In this document: positions 38,201-48,565 of the stretch, piece after piece
Layout: each line of letters opens with the position of its first letter
Numbering within the stretch: position 1 is the first letter of the stretch
Notes under the pieces: model-generated
Database searches by the model: none
What the model was told of the DNA's origin: nothing
What the model saw: only the letters and a program-made list of their open reading frames with translations
Translations under genes and position numbers: made by a program
From: an uncultured delta proteobacterium
GTDB lineage: Bacteria; Myxococcota_A; Polyangia; Polyangiales; Houyiibacteriaceae
Assembly: GCA_963699755.1 (NCBI GenBank)
Contig: CAVOVB010000007.1
Coordinates: 224,001-288,000 of the forward strand
Direction: 5' to 3'
Length of the DNA: 64,000 nt

Positions 38201-39469
38201 ATGGGACACGACTGGCGAAATCAGATCGAGGATCCCCATTGTTGGCAGTGGTTGCGTAACCACGATCCTGCCGAGATCTGGGCGACTCATCGCGACCTCC
38301 GCGCGGACTACATCGACTGGCTCAAAGAGCACCTCACCGAGACCTGGACTCGCCGACGTGAAGACCTCTCCTTGCTCCGCGACATTCTCTCGAGGCTCGA
38401 CCAAGATCGAATGTTCATCGGCTTTGCTCGACGGTTTGCGCCGTACAAGCGCGCCGACCTGCTCCTGACCGAGCCAGAGCGGCTTGCCAAGCTGCTCAAT
38501 GGCAACCCAGGCGCCACGATCATCTACGCGGGCAAGGCGCATCCAGCCGACGGCCACGGGCAGGCGCTGCTGCAGCGGGTCTATCAGGCGACGAAGCACC
38601 CCGACCTCGCTGGGCGTGTGATCTTCATGGAGGATTACTCGATCGACTCAGCGCGCCGAATGGTCGCCGGATGCGACGTCTGGTTGAACACACCGACCCG
38701 TCCTCTCGAGGCAAGCGGAACCTCGGGCATGAAGGCCGCGATTAATGGCTGTCTGAACCTGAGCGTCGATGACGGCTGGTGGCTCGAAGGCTACGCCGAG
38801 GACAACGGCTGGGTCATCGACCTGCCGGACACCTCGATTCACGACCCCAGCGCTTACGACCGTGCTGTGACCATGGCACTCCTCGAAGGCGAGATTCTAC
38901 CAACCTACCATGACCGAAACTCCGAAGGGGTCCCGGTGGCCTGGGTGGAGAAGATGAAGGCCAGCATGTCCAGCATCATTCCCAGGTTCTCCGCGCGCCG
39001 GATGGTCACCGACTACGCGGACAACTTCTACGAGCCAGCCATGCAGGACGCGGTCGCTCTTCGCGACTCGAACTATCGCCCGCTATTCGCTCTGGCGGAT
39101 TTGGCGGAGGCGATCCGCAATCACTGGAACGAAATCGCGATGGAAAGTGTCCGCTTTGGCGGCTTGAGTGCGGACGAGCTGGTCGTCGGCACGACGGTGA
39201 CGGCCGAGCTTTCGCTTCATCACCCCGGGTTGGACGCACGGGAGCTAGTAGTCGAAGCCGTCGTAAGCTACGGCAGCCGCCTTCAAGATCACTCCTCTAG
39301 AATGGTAGTCCCCTTCGAATCAGAGGACGCAGAAGAGCGGAGCACCTGGAAAGGCGCTTTCACCGTAAGAGCGAGCGGCGGCCACGAGCTCAGATTCCGC
39401 GTCAGGCCAAGGGACCGAAGCCCGCTAAGGCCGGCAGCCTTGGGCATGCATATCCAAAAGTGGCTGTAG
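35213..39469 (+). CDS. glgP: Fused GT3-type glycogen synthase / alpha-glucan phosphorylase
   Basis: N-part: SWEVCNMVGGIHTV, FTTHAT, GRYEYTNKG, YEPWGYTPLE; C-part: YSGGLG, NEGH, ARRFAPYKR, EASGTSGMK PLP lysine. Confidence 0.92.
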   Translation: MSNAVFFEISWEVCNMVGGIHTVLASRVREVHERHGEDGYITIGPDVPRSEGVAPEFRPDIWDRKLAESLQDHEVGVDMGRWLVPGEPRCLLINQSRLYQRKDEILGRYWEQYGLDSLFGAWDYYDPVLFAHGAGMVIEHIRDRFLLPARHTAIVQAHEWMSAGAILHLQSAAPEIGTVFTTHATVLGRSLAGQRADPNFYQSLPNIDPEVAAKELNVSSKHSMESVAAHEADVFTTVSEITSLECEHLLGRKPDVILPNGFGARPVEPEQRGRAREELFQLAELTTGDHYNRENTLIFVLAGRYEYTNKGVDVYLNATTGLAEELRSRDGKRILVYAMLPAGHAEPKRQLWDRAHGASAGAPLRCTHDLVDEPNDPITNQLNALRCDNAPGAPVHVVHVPIYLDGTDPFIRQKYWDLLPGADLGVFPSFYEPWGYTPLEAVAFGVPAVTTDRAGFGRWVAAQGDRQRTGVRVLTREGVPTPEVTESLKKALLEFIDLPAKDRAALREVSLRTAALTDWSNFMEHYEDAHTRALAAGAARRKELPMDRLSVTSMPAVSSDSSGVFGLFVKPPVEEGEEAAPYKRTFLVANALPPELLPLKAIAANLWWRWHPEVAALFKRIDPVLWFQVEENPHALLDQVTPSRLMALADDPGYVADVGRFHQEMVESTQTQDPRIAYFCMEFGLAGFLKLYSGGLGILAGDHLKAASDMNLPLCAVGLAYHDGYFHQIIDRDGHQEHLGDTNNFENAPFEPVMVGRYSPLRVTVPLPTGPVQVRAWQLKVGRVPLYLLDTNLPENRPEDRAITNRLYGGDTVHRLRQEIILGLGGYQLLTELDIEPDVFHMNEGHSAFLLLARAAHLIKRHGLRSQEAFEYIRNTTVFTTHTPVPAGHDHFPEEMVRPYLTRFEHVLRMDWPRLMAMGNTPDDADNKFGTTALAVRNAGRINGVSAKHGEVARDMFLQFFPEFDDPDDVPCASITNGVHVSTWLAPRWQRLMERQMGHDWRNQIEDPHCWQWLRNHDPAEIWATHRDLRADYIDWLKEHLTETWTRRREDLSLLRDILSRLDQDRMFIGFARRFAPYKRADLLLTEPERLAKLLNGNPGATIIYAGKAHPADGHGQALLQRVYQATKHPDLAGRVIFMEDYSIDSARRMVAGCDVWLNTPTRPLEASGTSGMKAAINGCLNLSVDDGWWLEGYAEDNGWVIDLPDTSIHDPSAYDRAVTMALLEGEILPTYHDRNSEGVPVAWVEKMKASMSSIIPRFSARRMVTDYADNFYEPAMQDAVALRDSNYRPLFALADLAEAIRNHWNEIAMESVRFGGLSADELVVGTTVTAELSLHHPGLDARELVVEAVVSYGSRLQDHSSRMVVPFESEDAEERSTWKGAFTVRASGGHELRFRVRPRDRSPLRPAALGMHIQKWL

Positions 39470-39515
39470 CCGTCCCCAGGCGAGCTAAGGGCCAACGGCT
39501 GGAAACCTGGCCGAC

Positions 39516-40280
39516 TCAGCTCATGACCCGTGCGAAATCGAGCCCGCCGACGATCCCGGTCACTCCGCGATCATCCTCGATCAAAATGCGGCGAACGTTC
39601 ATTCCCAAGGCTTGCTCCGCGGCTCGGCCGAGGCCCATGGCGGCGGGCAAGATCAGAACGCGAACGTTCATCGCGTGTTCAACCGCGGTGCTCGGCGGCA
39701 GGCGGCGCGCTTCCAAAGCGCAGGCCTGGTCGAAAATGCCGACGGGGAAATCTCCTTCCACCACGACGAGGCCTTGCTTGTTGGAGACGTCGAGGCGGTC
39801 GACCGCCATCGCGATGGGGTCCTCGGCTCTGATCTTCACCACCGAGCCCGAGGCGATCTCGGAGATCGGCGTCTTGATTCGCTTCTCTCGAACCGCCCGC
39901 ATCAGATCGCGTGTGGAGACTACGCCCTTGGGCATGCCGTCCTTGGTCACGAAGACGCGGTGAACGTGGTTCTTCAGCATGAGCTTGGCAGCCTGTGCCA
40001 GTGGCGCTTCGGTCGAAACCTGAAGGGCCGGTGATTGCATGATCTCCTCGACGGGGCGGTCCGGAACGCGAAATGTGACGCCGTGGCTGAACACTGCGGC
40101 GTGAAGAATGTCCGTGCGCGACACGACGCCTTTGAGTACGCCTACCTCGTTGATGACGCCGAGGGCGGACACGCCCTGCTCCGTGAACATCTCGTTGGCT
40201 GCCACTAGGCTCTCCCCGATGCGAATTGTCTCGACGGGGCTGGTCATGTACTCGGCCACGGGCATTTCGAAGTTCGCCAT
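39516..40280 (-). CDS. Multi-CBS-domain protein
   Basis: VAEYMTSPV, GVVSRTD, VHRVFV, GVVSTRDL repeats. Confidence 0.88.
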   Translation of the reverse strand: MANFEMPVAEYMTSPVETIRIGESLVAANEMFTEQGVSALGVINEVGVLKGVVSRTDILHAAVFSHGVTFRVPDRPVEEIMQSPALQVSTEAPLAQAAKLMLKNHVHRVFVTKDGMPKGVVSTRDLMRAVREKRIKTPISEIASGSVVKIRAEDPIAMAVDRLDVSNKQGLVVVEGDFPVGIFDQACALEARRLPPSTAVEHAMNVRVLILPAAMGLGRAAEQALGMNVRRILIEDDRGVTGIVGGLDFARVMS

Positions 40281-40325
40281 CTCATTCACCTCTTCGTGTG
40301 ACTCGCTCGCTGCGCGGGCTTCCAT

Positions 40326-40775
40326 TCAAATCGCGACCTCCTCACGAAGGTGCTCGATGAGCTCGGCCTCCTTGCTGGTCGCCAGGTCTTTGTGAAGCGA
40401 GCCTACCACGAGCCGAGCGGTGGGTTCGTCGAGGGAGGAACGCAGCAATCCCAAGAACCTGGGAGGTGCTACCAAGACCAGTCGCTCGAACTGATTCTGC
40501 GTACGGGCGTGCTGGAGCTTGTCCGCTAGCGCTCTGGCAAAGTCGGCTACCACCCTATCATGCGGGCCTTCGCTCTGACTCATCGAAGCTCGGCGGGGAT
40601 CTCCACTGTTCTTGCGGAACGATCGTCCCGGACGATCAGAGTCGATGTCCCGGTCCCGAGCCCGCCCTTCGGGATGCTCGATCGACTCGACGAGCGTCAG
40701 CCCGGTGCCCGGGCCATGGTTTTCGAACACACGCGCGCCGGCCTCGTGAGCCACCAAAATCCATGTGCTGTTCAT
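40326..40775 (-). CDS. Host-attachment (Host_attach/baeRF12-like) release-factor-related protein
   Basis: TWILVA...ARVF, SDRPGR, LVLVAPPRFLGLLR, KDL; GGAGG RBS. Confidence 0.85.
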   Translation of the reverse strand: MNSTWILVAHEAGARVFENHGPGTGLTLVESIEHPEGRARDRDIDSDRPGRSFRKNSGDPRRASMSQSEGPHDRVVADFARALADKLQHARTQNQFERLVLVAPPRFLGLLRSSLDEPTARLVVGSLHKDLATSKEAELIEHLREEVAI

Positions 40776-40798
40776 TTTCATCCCTCCGCGGCTGCAAG

Positions 40799-41134
40799 TC
40801 ACGAAGCCGGCAATGAAGGAAGCGGCCGAAGCTCGATGATCTGCTTTGTGCCGTCCCCGGTGATCACCTCGATGCTCGAAAGCTTCCCAGCCTCCTCTCG
40901 AACGTAGATCTCCTTTGGTTTGGAAACCCGATGCGAGATGTTCGAGGCGTCGACTTCAAAAACCTGTTCATTCGAGTCGTAACTGATACCAACCAGCGAG
41001 CTATTCTCGCTTTCGGGCTGCACGCCAATGCTCTCCCCCATAATGGATATCCCCACCCGCATGGACGGAAGGCTCTTTGCGACCTTGTCGAAGTACCGTT
41101 GCCATTCCGTGGGCTCTAGCTTTCGTGTTGTCAT
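40799..41134 (-). CDS. DUF5335-like protein
   Basis: WQRYFD, LVGISYD, HRVSKPKEI pattern; GGAGGAG RBS. Confidence 0.75.
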   Translation of the reverse strand: MTTRKLEPTEWQRYFDKVAKSLPSMRVGISIMGESIGVQPESENSSLVGISYDSNEQVFEVDASNISHRVSKPKEIYVREEAGKLSSIEVITGDGTKQIIELRPLPSLPAS

Positions 41135-41164
41135 CGTCTCCTCCAATAGCAGGGCTTCATAGGA

Positions 41165-41180
41165 AGCAAACCCCGTGCCC
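41165..41180 (-). promoter_or_regulatory. Putative sigma54 promoter for the DUF5335-Host_attach-CBS operon
   Basis: GGGCACG-GGGT-TTGCT on the minus strand. Confidence 0.7.
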
Positions 41181-41220
41181 AATCTCGGAGCCCTAGTTTG
41201 GCTGCTGATCTCGGCAATTG

Positions 41221-41264
41221 ACGCAAACGATGCGCCGATCGGGCGCAGCGCGATAGAATTGCGT
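41221..41264. promoter_or_regulatory. Regulator box ACGCA-AACGA-TGCGC plus degenerate partner GCGAT-AGAAT-TGCGT
   Basis: Boxes 29 bp apart, about 40 bp from the sigma54 element. Confidence 0.68.
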
Positions 41265-41333
41265 GCCCAGAAGGCACGGCTCATGGGCGCCAGTCGCTCG
41301 ATCGGTATACTGAGGGCCTGGCAAGGCCGAAAC

Positions 41334-42884
41334 GTGATGGGAGAGCTGAAGGCAGATCTCGAGGCCCGCGGCTTCGAGCTCATCGAGACACATATCTCAT
41401 GGGTCTTTTTGGGCGCCGAGCTAGTGTACAAGGTCAAGCGCCCAGTCGACCTTGGCTTCCTCGACTTCACGACCACCGAAAAGCGCCGAGCGGCCTGCTA
41501 CTCAGAGCTCCGCCTCAACCGACGGCTCGCGCCCGACGTCTACCTCGATGTGCTGCCGATCACGGTCGATGAATCGGGCCTGCACGAGATCGCCGGCCAA
41601 GGCGAAGTCGTGGACTGGGCCGTGCAAATGCGGCGCCTACCCGTTCAAAGGCGCGCAGACGAGCTCTTGAAAGCCGGCTTGCTGACGCCCGGGCAGATCG
41701 ACGCGCTCGCCGCGCACATTGCTAGATTCCACGAAGGCGTGCGCTGCGACTCGGAGACCTCCAAGCATGGCGCCGTCGAAACAATCCGCCAAAACGTAAG
41801 AGAGAATTTCGAGCAGACCCGAGACTCGATCGGAGACTATCTGAGTCCGGAGCAAGCGCGCGAAGTCGAAACCTGGCAATCGAAGGCGCTCGGCAATGAT
41901 GCTCCGTTCGTGGCGCGAACCATGGCCGGACGCGTCCGCGACGGGCACGGAGACTTGAGGCTCGAGCACGTGTATTTCGAATCGGACGGGTCGATCTCGA
42001 TCATCGACTGCATCGAGTTCAACGATCGCTTCCGATACGGCGACGTCTGCGCGGACATCGCGTTCTTGTCGATGGACCTCGCCTGGCACGGACGTGTGGA
42101 CCTCGCCGAGCGATTCCTGGCGCGCTACGCCCGTGAATCGAACGACTACGCGCTCTACTCAGTGGTAAACTTCTATGAGAGCTACCGGGCCTTCGTGAGA
42201 GGCAAGGTCGCTTCATTGCTAGCCGCGGACACGGAGGCATCCCCAGCCACAAGGGCCCGTGCTCGACGGGAAGCTAGGCGCTACTTCCTCCTCGCTCTGG
42301 CATTTGAACGCCCGCCGCTCGTTCCGCCGAGGGTCGTCGTGGTCGCCGGAATGATCGGGAGTGGAAAGAGTCAGACCGCGGCGACGATCGGCGATTTGCT
42401 CGCCGCTCCCGTCCTCAGCTCGGATCGGACTCGGAAGCTGCTCATGGGCCGAAAGGCGACAGACCCCCTCCCGGGCGGAGCTTGGTCCGGCGCGTACTCC
42501 CGAGGCACCACCAAGCTGGTGTACGACGAGCTTCTGAGGCTCGCCGAGATCGTGCTCTCTTCCGGTCGTCCGGTCGTGATCGATGCCTCGTTTCGGACCG
42601 CCGCGATGCGCGGAGCCACCCGCTCCTTGGCGGAGCGGCACGGGGTTCCATTCATGCTGGTCGAGTGCATCGCCTCCCGAGAGCTGATTACTGAGCGGCT
42701 CGCCGCCCGCGAAGGCGCCGGGACACACGAGAGTGATGCAAGGGCCGACTTGATGGACGAGTTCGAAAAGCGCTTCGAGCCCATCGACGAGCTTGAGTCA
42801 TCGGAGCACCTTCGATTGGACACCTCTCGACCCGTCGACGAGACGCGGGACCTGCTCGAACGAGCCTTCGCAAGCTACGTGTAG
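41334..42884 (+). CDS. Bifunctional APH-like kinase / AAA_33 P-loop protein (Rv2004c-like)
   Basis: ETHISWVF, ELRLNRRLAP, DGHGDL, DCIEFN; GMIGSGKS, SSDRTRK, IDASF. Confidence 0.9.
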   Translation: MMGELKADLEARGFELIETHISWVFLGAELVYKVKRPVDLGFLDFTTTEKRRAACYSELRLNRRLAPDVYLDVLPITVDESGLHEIAGQGEVVDWAVQMRRLPVQRRADELLKAGLLTPGQIDALAAHIARFHEGVRCDSETSKHGAVETIRQNVRENFEQTRDSIGDYLSPEQAREVETWQSKALGNDAPFVARTMAGRVRDGHGDLRLEHVYFESDGSISIIDCIEFNDRFRYGDVCADIAFLSMDLAWHGRVDLAERFLARYARESNDYALYSVVNFYESYRAFVRGKVASLLAADTEASPATRARARREARRYFLLALAFERPPLVPPRVVVVAGMIGSGKSQTAATIGDLLAAPVLSSDRTRKLLMGRKATDPLPGGAWSGAYSRGTTKLVYDELLRLAEIVLSSGRPVVIDASFRTAAMRGATRSLAERHGVPFMLVECIASRELITERLAAREGAGTHESDARADLMDEFEKRFEPIDELESSEHLRLDTSRPVDETRDLLERAFASYV

Positions 42885-42885
42885 G

Positions 42886-43782
42886 TCAGGGACGAACCGC
42901 AAGCACCGGAACGGGCGAATACCGAAGGCAATATTGTGAGGCGCTGCCAAGCATCATACCACGCAACCGTCCCTGTCCCCTGCAGCCCACGAAAACGAGG
43001 TCGGCGTGGATGCTCGTGGCCGTATTGCAGATGGTCTTCCCGATCGGTCCATCCAGGATCTGTATCGTCGTGCTCGGCTTGAGCCCTTCGGTCACGACGA
43101 GCTGCTCGAGCCGTGAACGCGCGGCCGAGGAGATGCCTTCGAGAACGCTCGGCCACTCGCTTGGCATCTTTCTCTCGGTGATTGGGTGCGGCACCACGTG
43201 CAGCAGCGCCACCTGACCGTCGATCGCGTTCGCGACATCCCGCGCCCAGCGAACGGCTTCGATCCCGTGCGCAGAAAAGTCGACACCGACGGCGATGCGC
43301 GCTTTCGAGTAGTCGCTGCGAAGTCGCCCACAGGAAACCAGGACCGAGCAGGGAGCTTGCCTGACGACCCGCTCCGCCGTCGAACCGAGCAAGCGCTCCG
43401 GCAGACCGATCGCTCCCGCCGGATCGCCCACCGCAATCAAGTCGGCGTTGACCGAAACAGCGGTGCGCAGGATCGTTTCCCAAGGACGACCCTCTTCACA
43501 GGAAGTCTGGCAACTCAGACCCAGGTCTTCGCAGGCCTTGCGCTCGCTTTCGAGCTCTTCGATCGAGTTTTCGAAGCGCCCTTTTAGTCGCTCGCGAAGC
43601 GCCTGCGCGGCCGTCCTCGCGCCAATGGGCAGATCGGGCCATGGATGATCCAAGCCCACCTCGTTCGCATGCACCAGCCAGAGGGTCGCGCCCGTGGCCT
43701 GCGCGGTCGAGATCGCGAGCTGCATCGCACGGTGGCCTGACTCACCTAGGTCGGTTCCCACAACGATCGTCTTGATGGCCAT
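42886..43782 (-). CDS. Tandem-domain universal stress protein
   Basis: IVVGTD...LLGSTAERVVRQAPCSV; VGVDFS...GCRGQG...LGSAS. Confidence 0.92.
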   Translation of the reverse strand: MAIKTIVVGTDLGESGHRAMQLAISTAQATGATLWLVHANEVGLDHPWPDLPIGARTAAQALRERLKGRFENSIEELESERKACEDLGLSCQTSCEEGRPWETILRTAVSVNADLIAVGDPAGAIGLPERLLGSTAERVVRQAPCSVLVSCGRLRSDYSKARIAVGVDFSAHGIEAVRWARDVANAIDGQVALLHVVPHPITERKMPSEWPSVLEGISSAARSRLEQLVVTEGLKPSTTIQILDGPIGKTICNTATSIHADLVFVGCRGQGRLRGMMLGSASQYCLRYSPVPVLAVRP

Positions 43783-43794
43783 AGATCCTGCCCG

Positions 43795-43810
43795 AGCAAG
43801 CACCATGCCA
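43795..43810 (-). promoter_or_regulatory. Putative sigma54 promoter for the USP gene
   Basis: TGGCATG-GTGC-TTGCT on the minus strand. Confidence 0.75.
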
Positions 43811-43850
43811 GATTCCTCTGGAGAAATCTCCCCTTCTCACGACGGCCTGC

Positions 43851-44282
43851 TCACATTCCTGGATCGGAGAGCGATTGGATCGCGTATTCCACGAAATCGG
43901 AGTCAGTTAGCATGCCAACGAGCTTCCCGTCCTCGACGACCGGTACACAGCCGTAAGCATGGGAGCGGAGGATCAGCGCCGCTTCCAAGGCTGGCGTGTC
44001 GGGATAGACCGTACGCACTTCTTTCGTCATGACCCACCGCGCTTCGATCCAGCGGTTCATGTGTGACTGCTCAGTCGAGAGGGCGCCCGATAGGCTTCCT
44101 TCCTGACTCCGCAGCACGTCACGGTGCGAGATGAGCCCGAGCAAGCGCGCCGTCTCGTCCACCACGGCGACGTGGCGGATGTGGTGTGCTTCCATCAGTT
44201 GAATGACCTCCCGAAGCGGGCTGGTCGGACCGACGGTCTTCACGGGCTGCTTCATGAGATCTCGGACCAGTAGCTGCGCCAT
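43851..44282 (-). CDS. CBS-domain pair protein
   Basis: VRDLMK, IRHVAVV, GCVPVVEDGKLVGMLTDSD. Confidence 0.92.
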   Translation of the reverse strand: MAQLLVRDLMKQPVKTVGPTSPLREVIQLMEAHHIRHVAVVDETARLLGLISHRDVLRSQEGSLSGALSTEQSHMNRWIEARWVMTKEVRTVYPDTPALEAALILRSHAYGCVPVVEDGKLVGMLTDSDFVEYAIQSLSDPGM

Positions 44283-44333
44283 TCCCCGTGTTTACCGCAT
44301 ATTCTGTGACCGCACCTATCCACAGAGAGGCCT

Positions 44334-44378
44334 GCGCATATTTTGCGCTTGCTCGGATTGCAAATGCAGAATATTCGC
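44334..44378. promoter_or_regulatory. Tandem regulator boxes GCGCA-TATTT-TGCGC and ATGCA-GAATA-TTCGC
   Basis: Boxes 30 bp apart in the divergent CBS / WS-DGAT spacer. Confidence 0.75.
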
Positions 44379-44430
44379 TCATGCTGTCTCGATCTCTGCA
44401 GAGAATCAACCTATCTGCCAGCAGCTGACT

Positions 44431-44446
44431 AGGCTCGCATCTTGCT
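44431..44446 (+). promoter_or_regulatory. Putative sigma54 promoter for the WS/DGAT-regulator operon
   Basis: AGGCTCG-CATC-TTGCT. Confidence 0.65.
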
Positions 44447-44461
44447 TGTACCCTCGCTGTC

Positions 44462-45889
44462 ATGCCGGAAACCTTCTACGAGCGTCTGAGCGCCTTGGAT
44501 GCGACGTTCCTCGACGTCGAAAGTAAGTCCGCGCCCATGCATGTCGGTGCGGCCCTGGTGTTCGACGCAAAACCGCTCACCCTCGAGCACGGAGGCCTCG
44601 ATATCGAGCGCCTAAGCAAGTACACCGAGGCGGCGGTGGACTCGATTCCCCGCTACCGGCAGCGGATCGAATGGATTCCGGGGTACCGACACCCGGTTTG
44701 GGTCGACGACGATCGGTTCAACATGCACTTCCATCTGCGCCACACGCGGCTGCCCCTGCCGGGTGACGAGCGCTCGCTCAAGCGCTTGGTCGGCCGACTG
44801 TTCTCGCAGCACCTCGATCGGAGCAGGCCGCTTTGGGAGTTCTGGGTCGTCGAAGGAGTGGAGAATGACCGCTTCGCGCTGGTCATCAAAGTGCATCACT
44901 GCATGGTGGACGGCATCGCGGGCGTCGAGCTGCTTCAAGCCTTGTTGCAGATCAGCCCGGACGCGGTGGAGCGCGAGCCAGAACCATGGCAGGCGCGCCC
45001 GGCCCCGAGCGGCTTGCAGCTTCTCGTCAATGAGACGAACCACCGAGTCGACGGTCTGCGCAAGCTCAGTCACTTCATGCCCCGCGTTCGAGAGAACTTC
45101 AAAGGAGTGTCGAACGTGTTGCGTTCTGGAATGAAGCCCGCTCCACGGACACCATTTACCGAGCATGACATCAGCCCATACCGTCGATTCGACTGGACGA
45201 CCTTCGCGCTGGACGACGTGAAGGCGATCAAGAACGCTTTGGGCGGAACGATCAACGATGTTGTTGTCGCGACGACTACAGCCGCCGTGCGGCGCTATCT
45301 TCTACGTCATGGCACGGACGTGAATGCAATGGAAGGTTTCCGTACGCTGCTTCCCGTGAACACCAGGAAAGTCGGTGGGCCGTCGGGCGGGAATCACGTA
45401 GCCATGCTGCTCGCAGATCTCCCCGTGTCCGAACCGGACCCCACCGAACGATTGCAGAAGGTCATTCGCGTGACCACGGAGTTGAAGAACGAGTCCAACC
45501 AGACCGGAGGCGCCGAGCTTCTCGAAGATGTGGCCGACCTCACGACCAAGCGCATCGTTTCCGAGCTCTACCGCGCGGCGATGAAGCTGCGCACCTACAA
45601 CTTGATCATTACCAACGTCCCAGGGCCGCCGATCCCACTCTACATGCTCAGTGCGCGGATGACGGCCATCTATCCGATGGTCCCCTTGATGCAAAACCAG
45701 AACCTCGGCATTGCTCTGTTCAGCTACGCCGGCAATCTGCACTTTGGATTCAACGCGGACTGGGAATCTTTCCCCGACGTTCATGAATTCGTCGAGGATC
45801 TCGACGCTTCCTTCTCTGAGTACCAGCAGCTCGCCGCCATACGCTCTACGGAACTGCCAGGAGGAAAGGACGCTCGGGCGCGGGCCTAG
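44462..45889 (+). CDS. Wax ester synthase / diacylglycerol acyltransferase
   Basis: PMHVG, LDRSRPLWE, catalytic HHCMVDG, TINDV, TNVPGP. Confidence 0.95.
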   Translation: MPETFYERLSALDATFLDVESKSAPMHVGAALVFDAKPLTLEHGGLDIERLSKYTEAAVDSIPRYRQRIEWIPGYRHPVWVDDDRFNMHFHLRHTRLPLPGDERSLKRLVGRLFSQHLDRSRPLWEFWVVEGVENDRFALVIKVHHCMVDGIAGVELLQALLQISPDAVEREPEPWQARPAPSGLQLLVNETNHRVDGLRKLSHFMPRVRENFKGVSNVLRSGMKPAPRTPFTEHDISPYRRFDWTTFALDDVKAIKNALGGTINDVVVATTTAAVRRYLLRHGTDVNAMEGFRTLLPVNTRKVGGPSGGNHVAMLLADLPVSEPDPTERLQKVIRVTTELKNESNQTGGAELLEDVADLTTKRIVSELYRAAMKLRTYNLIITNVPGPPIPLYMLSARMTAIYPMVPLMQNQNLGIALFSYAGNLHFGFNADWESFPDVHEFVEDLDASFSEYQQLAAIRSTELPGGKDARARA

Positions 45890-45903
45890 AAAGCAAAGCA
45901 ACC

Positions 45904-47327
<1,424 letters not shown>

Positions 47328-47331
<4 letters not shown>

Positions 47332-48509
47332 GCCCCGGTCGGAATCCAGAACGACGCGCGTGTGCCACCATGAGGGAGCGGGGTCAGCGTCGCAGCGCCG
47401 CCGTGTAGGTCGACGATTCGCTTGACGATCGCAAGGCCGAGACCGGTACCGGCGTCCTTCGTGGTGACGAAGGACTCAAAGGCCCGCCCAAGGACTTCGC
47501 TCGAGACTCCGGGACCATTGTCGATCACGGCGAACTCCCAGCGCTTGTCGCTCAAGATCCGGCTAGTGATCCGGATGGCCGGCTGAGGGCAGCTCGCCAC
47601 TGCTTCGACCGCGTTCGTAATGAGATTGTTGACGACTTGCTTGAGGCGGTCGCTCTCGACTACCAGGGTGCAGGAACCCGCGTCGATGTCCTCGATGAAC
47701 TCAATCCCTTGTGACTCGATCTCTGGGCGGCGCAGCTCCAGGACCTCGCCGAGTAGCGTGCTCGCGTCGCAAGGGACTGGCTCCATCCGCCGGGCCCGAG
47801 CCAAGTTCAAGAAATCGTCCAACAAGAGCGACAGTCGCCGGAGCTCATCCTGTACCACGTTGGTCCGCCGTTCGATCTTGCGACGGGTGGATGCGTCCTC
47901 GACGCGCGAGGCCGTCCGCCGGAGAACATCGAGTTGTAGCTTCGCGGCGTTGAGCGGGTTTCTCACCTCATGAGCCAAGCCGGCGGTAAGGCGCCCCATC
48001 ACCGCGAGCGACTCCGCTTCGGCAGTCTTCTTGAGCACGTAGGCCTCGCGATAGCTTTCGAGCATGATGGCCAGCTCGATATCGCAAATCTGGTCGATCA
48101 CCCGGTGGTCTTCGAAGACCACTGAGCCGTCGGGAGCCGACTCCCACACGGCACGATGAAGGCCGACACGAACTAGATTCATAGCGCCGAGCATGTATCG
48201 CTGTTCGAGCCCGACCTTGACGTGGACGCGGCCGATCCGGGCGCGCCCTTCGTAGTACGCGCTGTCGTAGGTGCCCTCGAACAGCCCCTGGAGCCAGCGC
48301 CTGAACGAGAGCTTGAGGCGCTCGACCTGGGCTTCGCTCGTCAGCACCGCGCGCGCGCCGGGATCTTCGAGGATCGCCTCGTAGAACCGAGCCACGATGC
48401 CCTCGTGATAGGGCTCCATCCGACTACGCATCGCCCGCAAGCGACGGGCGGACTCGGCATCGAACCTCACGTAGCTTCTGAGGGCCGCAAGCAGGCTGGC
48501 ATCGGCCAT
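47328..48509 (-). CDS. Globin-coupled sensor histidine kinase (NmpU/GcHK-like)
   Basis: Sensor globin (IVARFY, RIGRVHVKVGL), H-box AHEVRNPL, NLITNA, DNGPG, GTGLGL; no TM helix. Confidence 0.92.
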
Positions 48510-48565
48510 TAGGCCTGGCTAAGAAACTGCGCCCCTCCTGTCAAGCGATTACGCCAATCGACCGG

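Noticed and set aside
41135..41333. Upstream extensions of the ORFs called at 40799..41476 and 41175..42884
   Set aside because: They overlap head-to-head and cover a clear promoter region; downstream starts fit the families better
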